A stretch of 64,000 nucleotides of DNA from contig PDIP01000059.1 of assembly GCA_002811645.1 (NCBI GenBank), positions 2,222 to 66,221 of the forward strand, written 5' to 3'. Every line of letters begins with the position of its first letter. The first letter of the stretch is position 1. Under the pieces are notes generated by a model. The model was not told the DNA's origin. It saw nothing but the letters and a program-made list of their open reading frames with translations, and did not search any database. Shown one piece after another: positions 22,486 to 32,500 of the stretch. The translations under genes and the position numbers were made by a program. The DNA is from Corallochytrium limacisporum Hawaii. Taxonomy: Eukaryota > Protista > Pluriformea.

Positions 22486-23351
22486 TTTTCGGTGTTCCAG
22501 GCCAGCTTAAGACGCTCACACTGAAAACTTGTGCTACATCTTGTGGTCAAAGACGTCCAATACTTTTGCTGGGAAGCTCACTGGCCCTCTCTGACGTCGA
22601 GTTTTGTATTAGAAGGCCCTCAATACCAGGACCTTGCACACCCCAGAATGCCGTTCGCGCCTTCCATGCCAACCTTCCACTCCTTCCCTGCACAACACGC
22701 GATGAGCTCACTCTCTCATCACCCGCCATACTCAACTTTCGAAATTCATATACTTCACGTAGCTGGCGAAAAATTGAAATGTCTGTAGTTTTTCTTTGCA
22801 CTTAGGCGCGGTTACCGTATAGGAAAATGACGCGCAAATAATATGATATACGTACACCGGAGTTTAGTGTCCCCCCAACGCATTTCACCGCCCGCCAAAT
22901 CGGGGGTCACCAGTCAATTTCTCTGAACGGGCTTGGTATAAAAATAGGCCCCCATTACAACCCTTCCCCCAGGACCGGGGCTGGTGGTCCTTGGGTGTTG
23001 GAAGCACCGGATTCGCATCAACTCGGCGTCCGAACGCGAGCCTAGGGGTGACGACAACCGATTCATCGGGACCGAAACTAACTGAGTACATTGGTTACTG
23101 AAAAACAACTCTTCGTTTTCTTGGGGGGAGGTGGGGGGCGGGGGAATTGATACTGACCCGCGGTTGTATGGAAAATCATAATGTTTGACGAATCGACCAC
23201 GGTTCACTAGGACTGTTGCCGCTATTGCCGGGAATAATGATCAAGGAGATCTAAGATTGGGCAATGGCACTCCTCGAGGTCAAAATCATAGGAAGAAATA
23301 CGGTTATGTAGATTTAATTCAGCGGGTAGCACTGCCACATGATGATTAGAA

Positions 23352-24653
23352 ATGGTTGGAGTAACGAAGACAGACACCAACTCATGTTCTTCCATGAGCA
23401 TGAAGCATATGTACGGCTTCTTAGGGCCTGGCCCTAAGGTAATGCGGCGCAATCTGATGTTCAAGTGGTTCGGCCTTTTCTTGGTGCTACTAACCACAAT
23501 CTATTTGGTGATCTGCGCGACTGGTTTGGATATTGGGACCGAGACGAATTTCATCGGCGACTCTGAATCCATCTTCGCTATTGTCCCTGATGCGACGGAG
23601 TCTGAGAGCATCCAGGAATATGATCTCATAGAAACTACCGAACCGGTGCGTAAACGTAAGCGCATCGTCCTTACTACTGGCAACGGAGGCAATCTTGACT
23701 TCATGGTGAATTGGCAGATCACCCTGCGGGCCTCAATGCGCGACGGTGACGAAATTGAGCATATGGTAATTGTCGAAGACTGCGCAAGTTGTGATCTTAT
23801 CAGGCGCCATCTTGGTGAGAAACACACCGATTGTAGTCGGTGCAGCAATAGCGTTTCCAGTGGTGCTCTCTGGTTTGGAAAGCAGGACTATGTGGCTATG
23901 ATGTTGCGACGCCCGGAGCATATCAAAGCATACCTGGACCAGGGTTACGACGTCCTATTCAGTGACTCTGACGTAGTTTTCATCGATCACCCTTGGGCCT
24001 ACTTTGACGAGCAGTATGAGAGCAATATGCAGAGCATGATGCTTACTTTGGAATCATGGATCTCCATCGGTACCAAGAAGAAAGACCATCGGAGGTACCT
24101 CGTGGATGTGCGCAATACACTTCGGGCCCGCTACCAGCAAGACAGCAAGTCAGTAACCAAGCCACTTGGCGAAGCCATCGCTGAATACATTTTCAGGGAG
24201 GCACCTGAGCAGGATTTCCTGGTTTGCGCTTGTATGGTTGTCGTCCACAATGATGACTTCGGACATCAGCTGGTAGACGAATGGGCTGTAGCACTAGCAG
24301 CGCAGGACCCGCCCACGGAAGCTTCGGATCAGGATGCACTGAATCAAATCATCAAGACTCACCGTGACGACGCACGCATTCAAGTCGCGTCAATGTTCAA
24401 GTACTGCGGCGGCTTCATGCTACGTCTCCGGGGTTGCCACAATCCTCGCTGGGTACACATTAACTGGACACAGGGACATGACAACAAGTTACAGTATCTG
24501 ATTGGATGGCAGCTTTACTACACGCCATTCTGTCTGCTTGATAATCAGGCACACTATCCGTGTCCGTTGATCATGTCCTCCGAGGATCCCAAGGCAGTCG
24601 TCTGGGAGGATAGTTCACTAAAGTCTCGCCTTCGCGACTTCATCCGTTTGTAG
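23352..24653 (+). CDS. Type II membrane glycosyltransferase, nucleotide-diphospho-sugar transferase (GT77-like) family
   Basis: N-terminal TM helix; GYDVLFSDSDVVF (DxD motif); DQDALN; HINW...K C-terminal motif. Start codon uncertain (23352 or a nearby ATG). Confidence 0.85.
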   Translation: MVGVTKTDTNSCSSMSMKHMYGFLGPGPKVMRRNLMFKWFGLFLVLLTTIYLVICATGLDIGTETNFIGDSESIFAIVPDATESESIQEYDLIETTEPVRKRKRIVLTTGNGGNLDFMVNWQITLRASMRDGDEIEHMVIVEDCASCDLIRRHLGEKHTDCSRCSNSVSSGALWFGKQDYVAMMLRRPEHIKAYLDQGYDVLFSDSDVVFIDHPWAYFDEQYESNMQSMMLTLESWISIGTKKKDHRRYLVDVRNTLRARYQQDSKSVTKPLGEAIAEYIFREAPEQDFLVCACMVVVHNDDFGHQLVDEWAVALAAQDPPTEASDQDALNQIIKTHRDDARIQVASMFKYCGGFMLRLRGCHNPRWVHINWTQGHDNKLQYLIGWQLYYTPFCLLDNQAHYPCPLIMSSEDPKAVVWEDSSLKSRLRDFIRL

Positions 24654-25813
24654 AAAGATCAACAACAGAGCGACCTATCGCTCCCATACATAGCTCTCCA
24701 TATAGAACGTTCAATACACCATCCGGCAATGTCCGGGGCTTTCACCGTGTCAATAATTTCCTGTCCCCGTTCCTTCGTCGAAGCCACGCACGAAAATTGG
24801 GAGAGGGTAGGGTATCTCCAGATTGTTGGCTGGGGATGTGCTCATCTCTTCCTCCGAAATCACTAGCCTGCCAAGTACTACACTTCAGCTGGCCCCTTTC
24901 TTTTACTCTACCACCAGCGCGATTGCCCAACCTCCCGGCCCCCCGGGGGGGGAGGGGGATAATTCCCCCTCCGTCCAAGGACATTTCCCCAGTGTCGTTC
25001 GCACCGACGAGCCGGTTGGTAGCGCTGAGACGAAGGCCCCGGGGGGGGGGGGGGGTTGGGGCAGTGGTAGGTCTGCACCAGGGAGGGAGGGAGTGCCCGG
25101 CCCGGCCCGGCCCGGGCCGGAAAAGGTTCGATCCGAGCGGTTGCGCACATAGGGCACGGTCTCAGGCCCTGTCATCGACAATGAATTCTCTGTCTGGGAC
25201 TCGGTTATTTCATGTCTTTCATTGTCATTTGGTGATGGGTAGTTCTCAAACGATTTTTTAACACCTGGAGGTTGTCGATGACATATGAGTGGAAAAAGTT
25301 GTGTGGGATTGCCTGGGCTCTGTACAGTCGGTATTGAGACTCCGTAAGTATCGACATTGAGTCGGACAGTTGGATTTGGTTTGCCACTGAATCATGGTCT
25401 CAGTTATGATCTCTACGAGTGTATTTATGAATTGAGTTGTGTACATTGAAAAAGAACCACGGGAGAAGAGCGTCTGCGGCCACCATGCCGCTCTGTTTCC
25501 AGAACACAACCGCTCAAATCTAGGAAGGTTAAGCTCACACAATGGAATGACCCATCGTAGTTCACATAGTTCAGCCAAACTTAGAATCAAAGAGCCGTGC
25601 TCTGCGACACTTACAGCCTCTGAAGAGGATTTATCAAAGAACTGAAGCGAAAGATGATGTGGTGGTCCTTAGATCGAGCCTATATTCCCTTGATCATGGA
25701 TGGAAGTCTACGCCTGATATTGCAGCATTGCAGATTGAACACAGGTAAATGTCCATTCATTGAATGACCAATACAACTGAAGTTGTACGAAATTCGCCGC
25801 AATCATAGTTTAC

Positions 25814-26911
25814 TTATGCAGACGATGTGAACCATGTCGGCAACACAGGGTGCAAGTTTGGGGCTTCCTCTGAGATCACAACCTGTCGATTGTTTGGATG
25901 ATACTGCAGTTTGTACATAGCTTCGGTGTGTTGTTTCACCACCGTCGCTTTGATCTGGTCCAGCAGACTCTCTGCGAAGTTTGCACACGCAGTGGGCTCC
26001 CAGTAAGTCTGTTTGTGTTCTTCAGAAGCAAAGACGTTTGTTGGGAATCGGGCAATATCACGGACAACCCCATTCGGATGCCGAAACCCTATCACAATGT
26101 ATGGAATGCCACCTGCAAATGACTGTGCCCAGTACTTCATCGCTTTGCGATTGCGCCTAAATTTGTGGAGTTCCTGATTTCCCCGGTTGTGTCCGGACCA
26201 CATGGCTGTGGTCTTTAACTCTAAGTACGCGTCCATAGGATCCGGTGACTGTCCCATTAATCCTGGATCGATACAGTCGACCTCGGCCCCCAATAGAACA
26301 TGATTAGATCCCAGGCATGCCCTTGCAATCACACAGAACTGATCCTTGTCATTTACCCTCCCGTGGCCGGTCCAGCCGGCGTTGGGATCCTCGATGCATG
26401 CATAGTCCTCAAACTTGCGTCCCCAGTAGGCCATCAGCCGCAGACGGTTCGGCATGGTGCCGCCGTGCTGGCGTGCAAATTCTGTGTCACTGATCCGGAG
26501 TTTCAAATATATTGTATGCTTGTGTTTAACAGCAAGTAGCGTCCATGAATCCGACTCATACGGTGTGCACAGCAATTTACTCATCGTCCCCCGCCACATA
26601 ATGAAATCGGCCAAGTTTGTCGCATCCATATTCACCGGCGGGTGCACTGACTTCCGCCCTTGCAGGATCCACAACAAGAAATTATCGAGGTTATATACAT
26701 CGTCCTGGTTCTTTTCCACAGACTCTTCGTATTGATCGAAGCCAATGTTCAAATCAACAGGAGGAACCAAGCGGGTATTGAAATACTTTCGCATGCGTTG
26801 ATCGTAGGCGATCTTCCCGTCAACGAGACTGAAGGTATCGACCTGACGTGGTTTTGCATAGTAAGGGAAAGGTTTCATGTACCTAATGGGGTCACTGTCT
26901 ATGCTGGTCAA
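25814..26911 (-). CDS. DXO: Decapping exoribonuclease DXO/Rai1 (N-terminus ambiguous; first in-frame ATG at 26878)
   Basis: PFPYYAKP...FSL, WRG, YWGRKFE, GAEVDC, ELKT and KYWAQSF motifs of the RAI1/DXO family. Confidence 0.92.
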   Translation of the reverse strand: MTSIDSDPIRYMKPFPYYAKPRQVDTFSLVDGKIAYDQRMRKYFNTRLVPPVDLNIGFDQYEESVEKNQDDVYNLDNFLLWILQGRKSVHPPVNMDATNLADFIMWRGTMSKLLCTPYESDSWTLLAVKHKHTIYLKLRISDTEFARQHGGTMPNRLRLMAYWGRKFEDYACIEDPNAGWTGHGRVNDKDQFCVIARACLGSNHVLLGAEVDCIDPGLMGQSPDPMDAYLELKTTAMWSGHNRGNQELHKFRRNRKAMKYWAQSFAGGIPYIVIGFRHPNGVVRDIARFPTNVFASEEHKQTYWEPTACANFAESLLDQIKATVVKQHTEAMYKLQYHPNNRQVVISEEAPNLHPVLPTWFTSSA

Positions 26912-26991
26912 ATGTCGCCCCTGGGGCCCGGCTGGTTGTTGTGACTGTTGTTGCTGTGAATGGCCACTGACTTGAGGTTGATAGGACGGTC

Positions 26992-27285
26992 CTATTGCGG
27001 TGGCTGCGGGGGCATTGGTCTTCCCTGGGCCATGTATTGTTGTCCCTGACCAGTATGTGGCTGTGTTTCATGCGGCGATCCGTGTGAACCATAAGACCCA
27101 TGGGAGCCATAAGATCCTGTGCGCGGCGGTGCGTACTGCATATGCTCCGTCTGTAAGGTATAGACGTTTTTGTTTGTCGGCGGTGCACCTGGGTGGGAAT
27201 AGTTCGGCAGCGGTGCTTGTTGATAGCCTGATTGGTCCACCGGGTGCTGCCCCGGAGGCATACCTTGCTGCGGATTTCCACTCAT
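26992..27285 (-). CDS. 97-aa P/Q/G/Y-rich ORF, probably the frame-shifted N-terminal extension of DXO (or a uORF)
   Basis: ATG-initiated low-complexity ORF. The DXO frame continues with the same composition (IGPSYQPQVSGHSQQQQSQQPAGPQG) right across its TAG. Confidence 0.6.
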   Translation of the reverse strand: MSGNPQQGMPPGQHPVDQSGYQQAPLPNYSHPGAPPTNKNVYTLQTEHMQYAPPRTGSYGSHGSYGSHGSPHETQPHTGQGQQYMAQGRPMPPQPPQ

Positions 27286-27779
27286 CGTACCAAGATTTAT
27301 GTCATTTCCGTTTTCAATATCCTCAGCGCTAATGCGTTTCTTTTCTCCGGCATGATCTGAAACCTACTCTCACGAAATTTATATCCCTTGTCTGATTGTT
27401 TGCGCCTAGTCTCTCACTTGTTTGTACTATAAACCTACGTACATGGCTTAAGTACCCGTCACCAAAGTCCAATACTGAGCCAAGGCTCAACTAGTCGCAG
27501 ACTCCGTTCCAGGATGGTTGGGGTGAGGGCCACCCCCCACGGGGCCCCGGTGGTGAGTGGGGGATTAGCAAAAAAACCCGCCAAATTTCGCTTGAAGGAC
27601 CTCCCAGGAAATGGGCCCGCTCACAGCCCGGCTGCCTCAGCATGGACGTGTGATATGCACTCTGCATTCGGCAGCAAGCGGGGCGCACAGTGGGCACGGT
27701 ACGAAACCATTTGTACATCGGCTAAATTGAAAGTGTTTATAAAGTGCAAATCTCTATGAAACAAGGGAGCCCCATGTCT

Positions 27780-29510
27780 TTAGGCAAAGACGCTGGTGAT
27801 GGTCATGAACATGTAGCCCAAGCCCAACAGTGCAAACTTTGTGGTCTTTCGCTCGCCAGTACTGAATTCTTCAGCCATTGTGACGGTAAGAGCGATGTAG
27901 ATGAAGGTGCCAGCGCCTAGTGAATCAAATATCCCAGACAGCCAGGGCATGACCTCGCTATTGGGAATGAGAGCCGTGACAAGACCACCGAAGAAGATAC
28001 CAAGGGGCGTGGTAGATGAAAAGATTAGGGCCAAGCGCATGTGAAATGGCTTCTTAATACCAGCGCGCACAAATTCGCATCCCAGAGCAAATGCCGCAAT
28101 GCCTTTGTGAGCAATGATGGCAATGAAAACAACCATGGCAGAGTCCAGACTAGTGGCAAAGCCCACGGCCATCCCTGCTAGTATGGAGTGCAGACCCAAA
28201 ACCAGCAGCAAGAGGTACGCCATAGTGTTGTCATCCGCAGCCTCCTCAGTGCGGCTGAGACAGATGGCATCTAACGCTTCAACTGACGGTGGTTTCGCTA
28301 AATTCGTTGCCATAGACTCACGACGATGATGGTGTCGATGGTGGGTAGCGTGGTGCATGTGATTGGCCAACCGGATTGCAGTACGGAAACCTTGGGCGAA
28401 TACACGACTGTGGTAGAATACCCGGTGGGGATGAGATTCATGCAAGTGACACACTTCATCACTCTTAAGGAATCTTTCCAGAAGAATTTCAGAATCCCTC
28501 TCTGCCAACGCCTTTTCAGTCAGTGGAAGTGGATCCCATCCTCCGAGGCCGTGGCCGCCGTAGCCAACCTCGGTGGCGCTTCGCAGCAAAGGCGTCCTCT
28601 CGGTCGCTCCATTGACTACTCCACTCTCGAGATCCCGGTCACTTTCTGCAGCAGTGTGAATCACTGCGGCTTCTACTTCAGGGGGAATGTCTACTGTGGC
28701 CAAATCCATAATTTCAACTGCATCGTCCGAAACGGCGTCATCTGTGTCTTTTTGACGGGGTTCAATGAAATGCCGCAAGATGGCTTGTTTGCGGGTTTCG
28801 AATTCCGACTTTTCATCCACTTCAAACCGAGGACCATTCTGGGACCGAGTTCGTGCCGAGGGTGAGTGACTTCGTCTCCTAGACGGTCTTTTTTCTTTCC
28901 GGGCAGAGTGTGTGCCAGTGCTTCGGCGCATGTGCCAAGTAGGCCGCTCACTACCGTCCTGATACTGTATCGATTTCGCTTTGTCACGTTCAGCATTTCT
29001 TGCTTTGCATGCCTTGCGACACTGTCTGGACTGTGCATGGCTACTTCCAGTGCTCTCTATACCGTCCACACTACCAGGTTCACCGGATGAGACTTCGTTC
29101 GTCTCCGAACAGTCTGTTTCCCCACAGCATTCTTCGTTCTCCTCATTGGGGAAAATAATGGCTTCCACACCCTTGAACAGAACCTTCTCCACAAGCAACA
29201 CTAGCAACACACCACAACAACACAGGAACGGTGCCAGTGGAAAAGGTTTCGCGGTGCCGTCCAAGGAAGGAACATAGAAAGTCCTACCAGCCTCTTCAAG
29301 CTTCGCAGTGCCGTCAGGTAGCATATGTACTAATCCAGCCGCCAGAAAAACACCTCCGGCAAAAGACTGTGCGAGAGACAAGGTGGTTCGGTCTCCCTTC
29401 AGGAGTAGCGGACCCATACAAGTGAAGAAACCAAGGACGAAAACAAACACACATCCCACCAGCTTGGCGAGGGTGAGTGCTGTTTCCGATACCTCTCCAA
29501 ATTGATTCAT
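27780..29510 (-). CDS. ZIP (SLC39) zinc/iron permease, subfamily II-like, with long His-rich cytosolic loop
   Basis: FAGGVFLAAGLVHMLPD, LHSILAGMAVG, IAHKGIAAFALG, TPLGI and AGTFIYI; HHATHHRHHH loop. Confidence 0.94.
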   Translation of the reverse strand: MNQFGEVSETALTLAKLVGCVFVFVLGFFTCMGPLLLKGDRTTLSLAQSFAGGVFLAAGLVHMLPDGTAKLEEAGRTFYVPSLDGTAKPFPLAPFLCCCGVLLVLLVEKVLFKGVEAIIFPNEENEECCGETDCSETNEVSSGEPGSVDGIESTGSSHAQSRQCRKACKARNAERDKAKSIQYQDGSERPTWHMRRSTGTHSARKEKRPSRRRSHSPSARTRSQNGPRFEVDEKSEFETRKQAILRHFIEPRQKDTDDAVSDDAVEIMDLATVDIPPEVEAAVIHTAAESDRDLESGVVNGATERTPLLRSATEVGYGGHGLGGWDPLPLTEKALAERDSEILLERFLKSDEVCHLHESHPHRVFYHSRVFAQGFRTAIRLANHMHHATHHRHHHRRESMATNLAKPPSVEALDAICLSRTEEAADDNTMAYLLLLVLGLHSILAGMAVGFATSLDSAMVVFIAIIAHKGIAAFALGCEFVRAGIKKPFHMRLALIFSSTTPLGIFFGGLVTALIPNSEVMPWLSGIFDSLGAGTFIYIALTVTMAEEFSTGERKTTKFALLGLGYMFMTITSVFA

Positions 29511-32500
29511 GATGCTCGTTTCCGTCGATCCACTACAATTTAAGGATTTCTCAATAATTGATGAAGCTATTTTCTACCCCATATTCTCGATTCAGAGTAC
29601 TTCATGGATCTAAAGTCGGTGAGTCCACTACAAGGTTACTTCACCCCTTGAAGTGTTACATCCGCTGGTGCTCAAGCCCATACAACCAATTTCAAAAGCC
29701 ACAGTGGCTGACCACCTGATCCTAAACCAAATACCTGCAAAAAGTTTGGCTCAAGACGGCTCTCCATCTCTAGTCATGTTTCGAAAAGTTGAGCTCAAAA
29801 ATGGCGTTAGGCGAGACTTCGGTGAACCGACGAGAGTGTGAGTGGTCTCCAGCCCCTCTCGGTCGGTCTCTCACTCATTCTCTATTTCCTTCCTTCTCAT
29901 TTTTCTTCGTCGGTCTCTCGAGCTGTGTACACTGGGACTTGCGAGCTGCAACCGCCACAGCAGCGGGTTTTTCGAAAATCGCTCTCCTCCACCTCCCGCT
30001 CTGACTGCGCTCTCCTTGGAATGGAATCTCTTGCGTCCGCAGCAGCCAGCACTCTCTCAATCGCGGGATCTCAAAGAATGAAAAAACGTTCGTCGGTCGC
30101 GTAAGGAGGGAACCGCCCCCTCCCGACACAGATGAGTACGCAGAGCAAGCGATCACAACCCCCTCCCTGTTTCCTGGGGGGTGGGTGGTGGCAGATTCCA
30201 AGTATTTTTTTTTTCCTTTAACTTCGACGGATGTTTGAGAGGTCAACCGCAGAACCTGACCAGGGCCGTGAGAAGCCAGTTTGCAGCGGACCAAAACCGA
30301 GAGGGCGAGCAATACCTATAAATGGGATGGGTGTCCCATCGCTATCTGCCCTCGCTTACACCCTCCGATAACTTTTTGCTTACGCGCATGTCTACTGCAC
30401 CACAACCGACAACTCCTGGTTGAACATTTGGGCCTCTTCCGTTGTTGCTACCAAGTCCCCCTTCCCGCTTTGGGTCGGTTTTGCTTACACCGCCCGACCT
30501 TTTGTGACGCAAGGTCTGGTGCCCCACCGCCGCCGCCTTGCACCCGGCTCTGGTATAAACATAATTGACGACCGACGTGGCTTGCTGTTGCCACCACGCT
30601 GGGGAACGAGTGAAAAAGTCGAAGCTAGATCCGCGATATAGACCCTGTTTGGCCAGAAGACTTGCCTGGCTCCATTTTAGATCTGATTTCATATAGGGGT
30701 TCGCAGGGCCAAAGCAAATTGTATACTATCAGGTGAGCAAAGGGTTTTGGCATGTGTGGTATGAAGACGGGGCTTTGCTGTTTTGGCACGTATGCGCAGC
30801 GTGCTGCCCGGGGCCCTTGGCGACCGACAATATGTGGACCGAAGGGGGTTCTGTCTCTCTTGTGCATAAAACGGGCCGCGCTCTTCCTTCTAACCAGTGT
30901 GCCCCAGTTTTGGCCTAAACCCTCCCCCCCCCCCCCCCCTTCTCCTCCTTGGCTATTGTGGTGCTCCCTGGCTCATTACACACCTCTCGGTAACGCACTG
31001 CTTGCCGTCCCCCTCCATCCCATAAGGTGTCTCTCCCTATAGTTTTTTCCACTTTGTTCAATACGGATCCCTTCCTGACTGTTTCACTTATTTCAAATTT
31101 CCGTGCCTCTTTCTGGCAGTTTCCCCTCCGTCTCCTGTTGTCCGCAGCCCTTCCCATGTATTTCTTTAGTCTCTGTCCACCCACTCACTCGGGTTTTGAA
31201 CCCTACGTTGTCTAGCACCACGCCGGCTTTCCACTGACCAAATTAAACCAATGCAATTCTTTTCATTGTCAACAGAAAAATTTTCTTTGGTATTGCAACC
31301 CCCCTCCGGGTCCTTCCCCGTTCCCAATTCTAGTACCGAGGGATCGCAATTTTTTTCTCGTTTCTCAATGTTTCTTCCTTTTCCTCCGTTCCCCTCCTCC
31401 CCCCCCCCCCCCAAAAGCACGTTGTTCTAGTAATTACGAACGCTCGTCGCGTGCTGTTTTGAGGATGGGGTGCGCAGGAGTAATGTTTGTGTCCTCTCAT
31501 CTGCCTCTCGGTCCGTGTAGTGTGTCTACCACGGAGTTACGCTTCTGTCCGTGTGCTAAATTACGTGGACGCGCGCGCCACAGGACGTGTTGGGGTGAAG
31601 GGCAAATTTGGGGAGAGAGAACGAGCAGAAAGCACCGAATCCATCATTTATCTGTTGGGGTTTCGGTAGCACCACAATATAACATGCGTCAGAGGTGTTG
31701 GCCTAATGATCCAGGGACCACTGTGTCCCATTCACCTGCCACCGCCTTCCCCCTCACGGCACGCATTGGACACCCAGAGAGATGCGAAAGCGAAAACTTC
31801 TTGCCCATTTCGGGTCAACGAGGAAGCAACAACGGAATGGGAGTAGGAAAAGGGGCTTCTGCCGGTACACAGAGTACTGGGAGAAGTTGAAAAGGCTTGG
31901 AGAGATGGGGAGAATAGGGCTTTCACATTCGAAAATTAATCGCGGTATTGCCATCGGTCCTTCCTGAACTCGGTTGTTCTGGTATAGATCTATATACTTT
32001 TGCTGAGCCACTGCGTATGCAAACGAGCCGTTAAACCATCGCATTCGTTGGAAAGACCATCATTATCAATGATTCCTCCGTACCGGTATGTAAACAACGA
32101 ATTTTGCAGCTTTCGCCGGTTCGAAATCGATGGAACAAATGGTTCTTTTATACTCAATATATGGAAGTGGGTGATTGAATCATCCGAGAGTTCTTTCTGT
32201 CTGTTGCTGGCCCTCTCCATGCAGTGAGCACGGCAACAGCGGGATTCACAACTCATCGCAATTGTGAAACCAAGAAAATATGAGTAGGAGCATTATAATT
32301 AAAGGGCATTTTTTTCATTCATCGGATACCGCAAAGCATATAACGCACCGGGGTCCGCGGGAGAAGGGGGTTGAGGCCCATCGTCCCAGTGTCGCACAAA
32401 AGGCCGTCCGTGGACCGATCGAGCCGGACCGTGCGGTGTCTCTGGCACAATACCAACCCGGACGAAGCGGCGTAAACCGCCATTGAAGCACGAAATGAGT

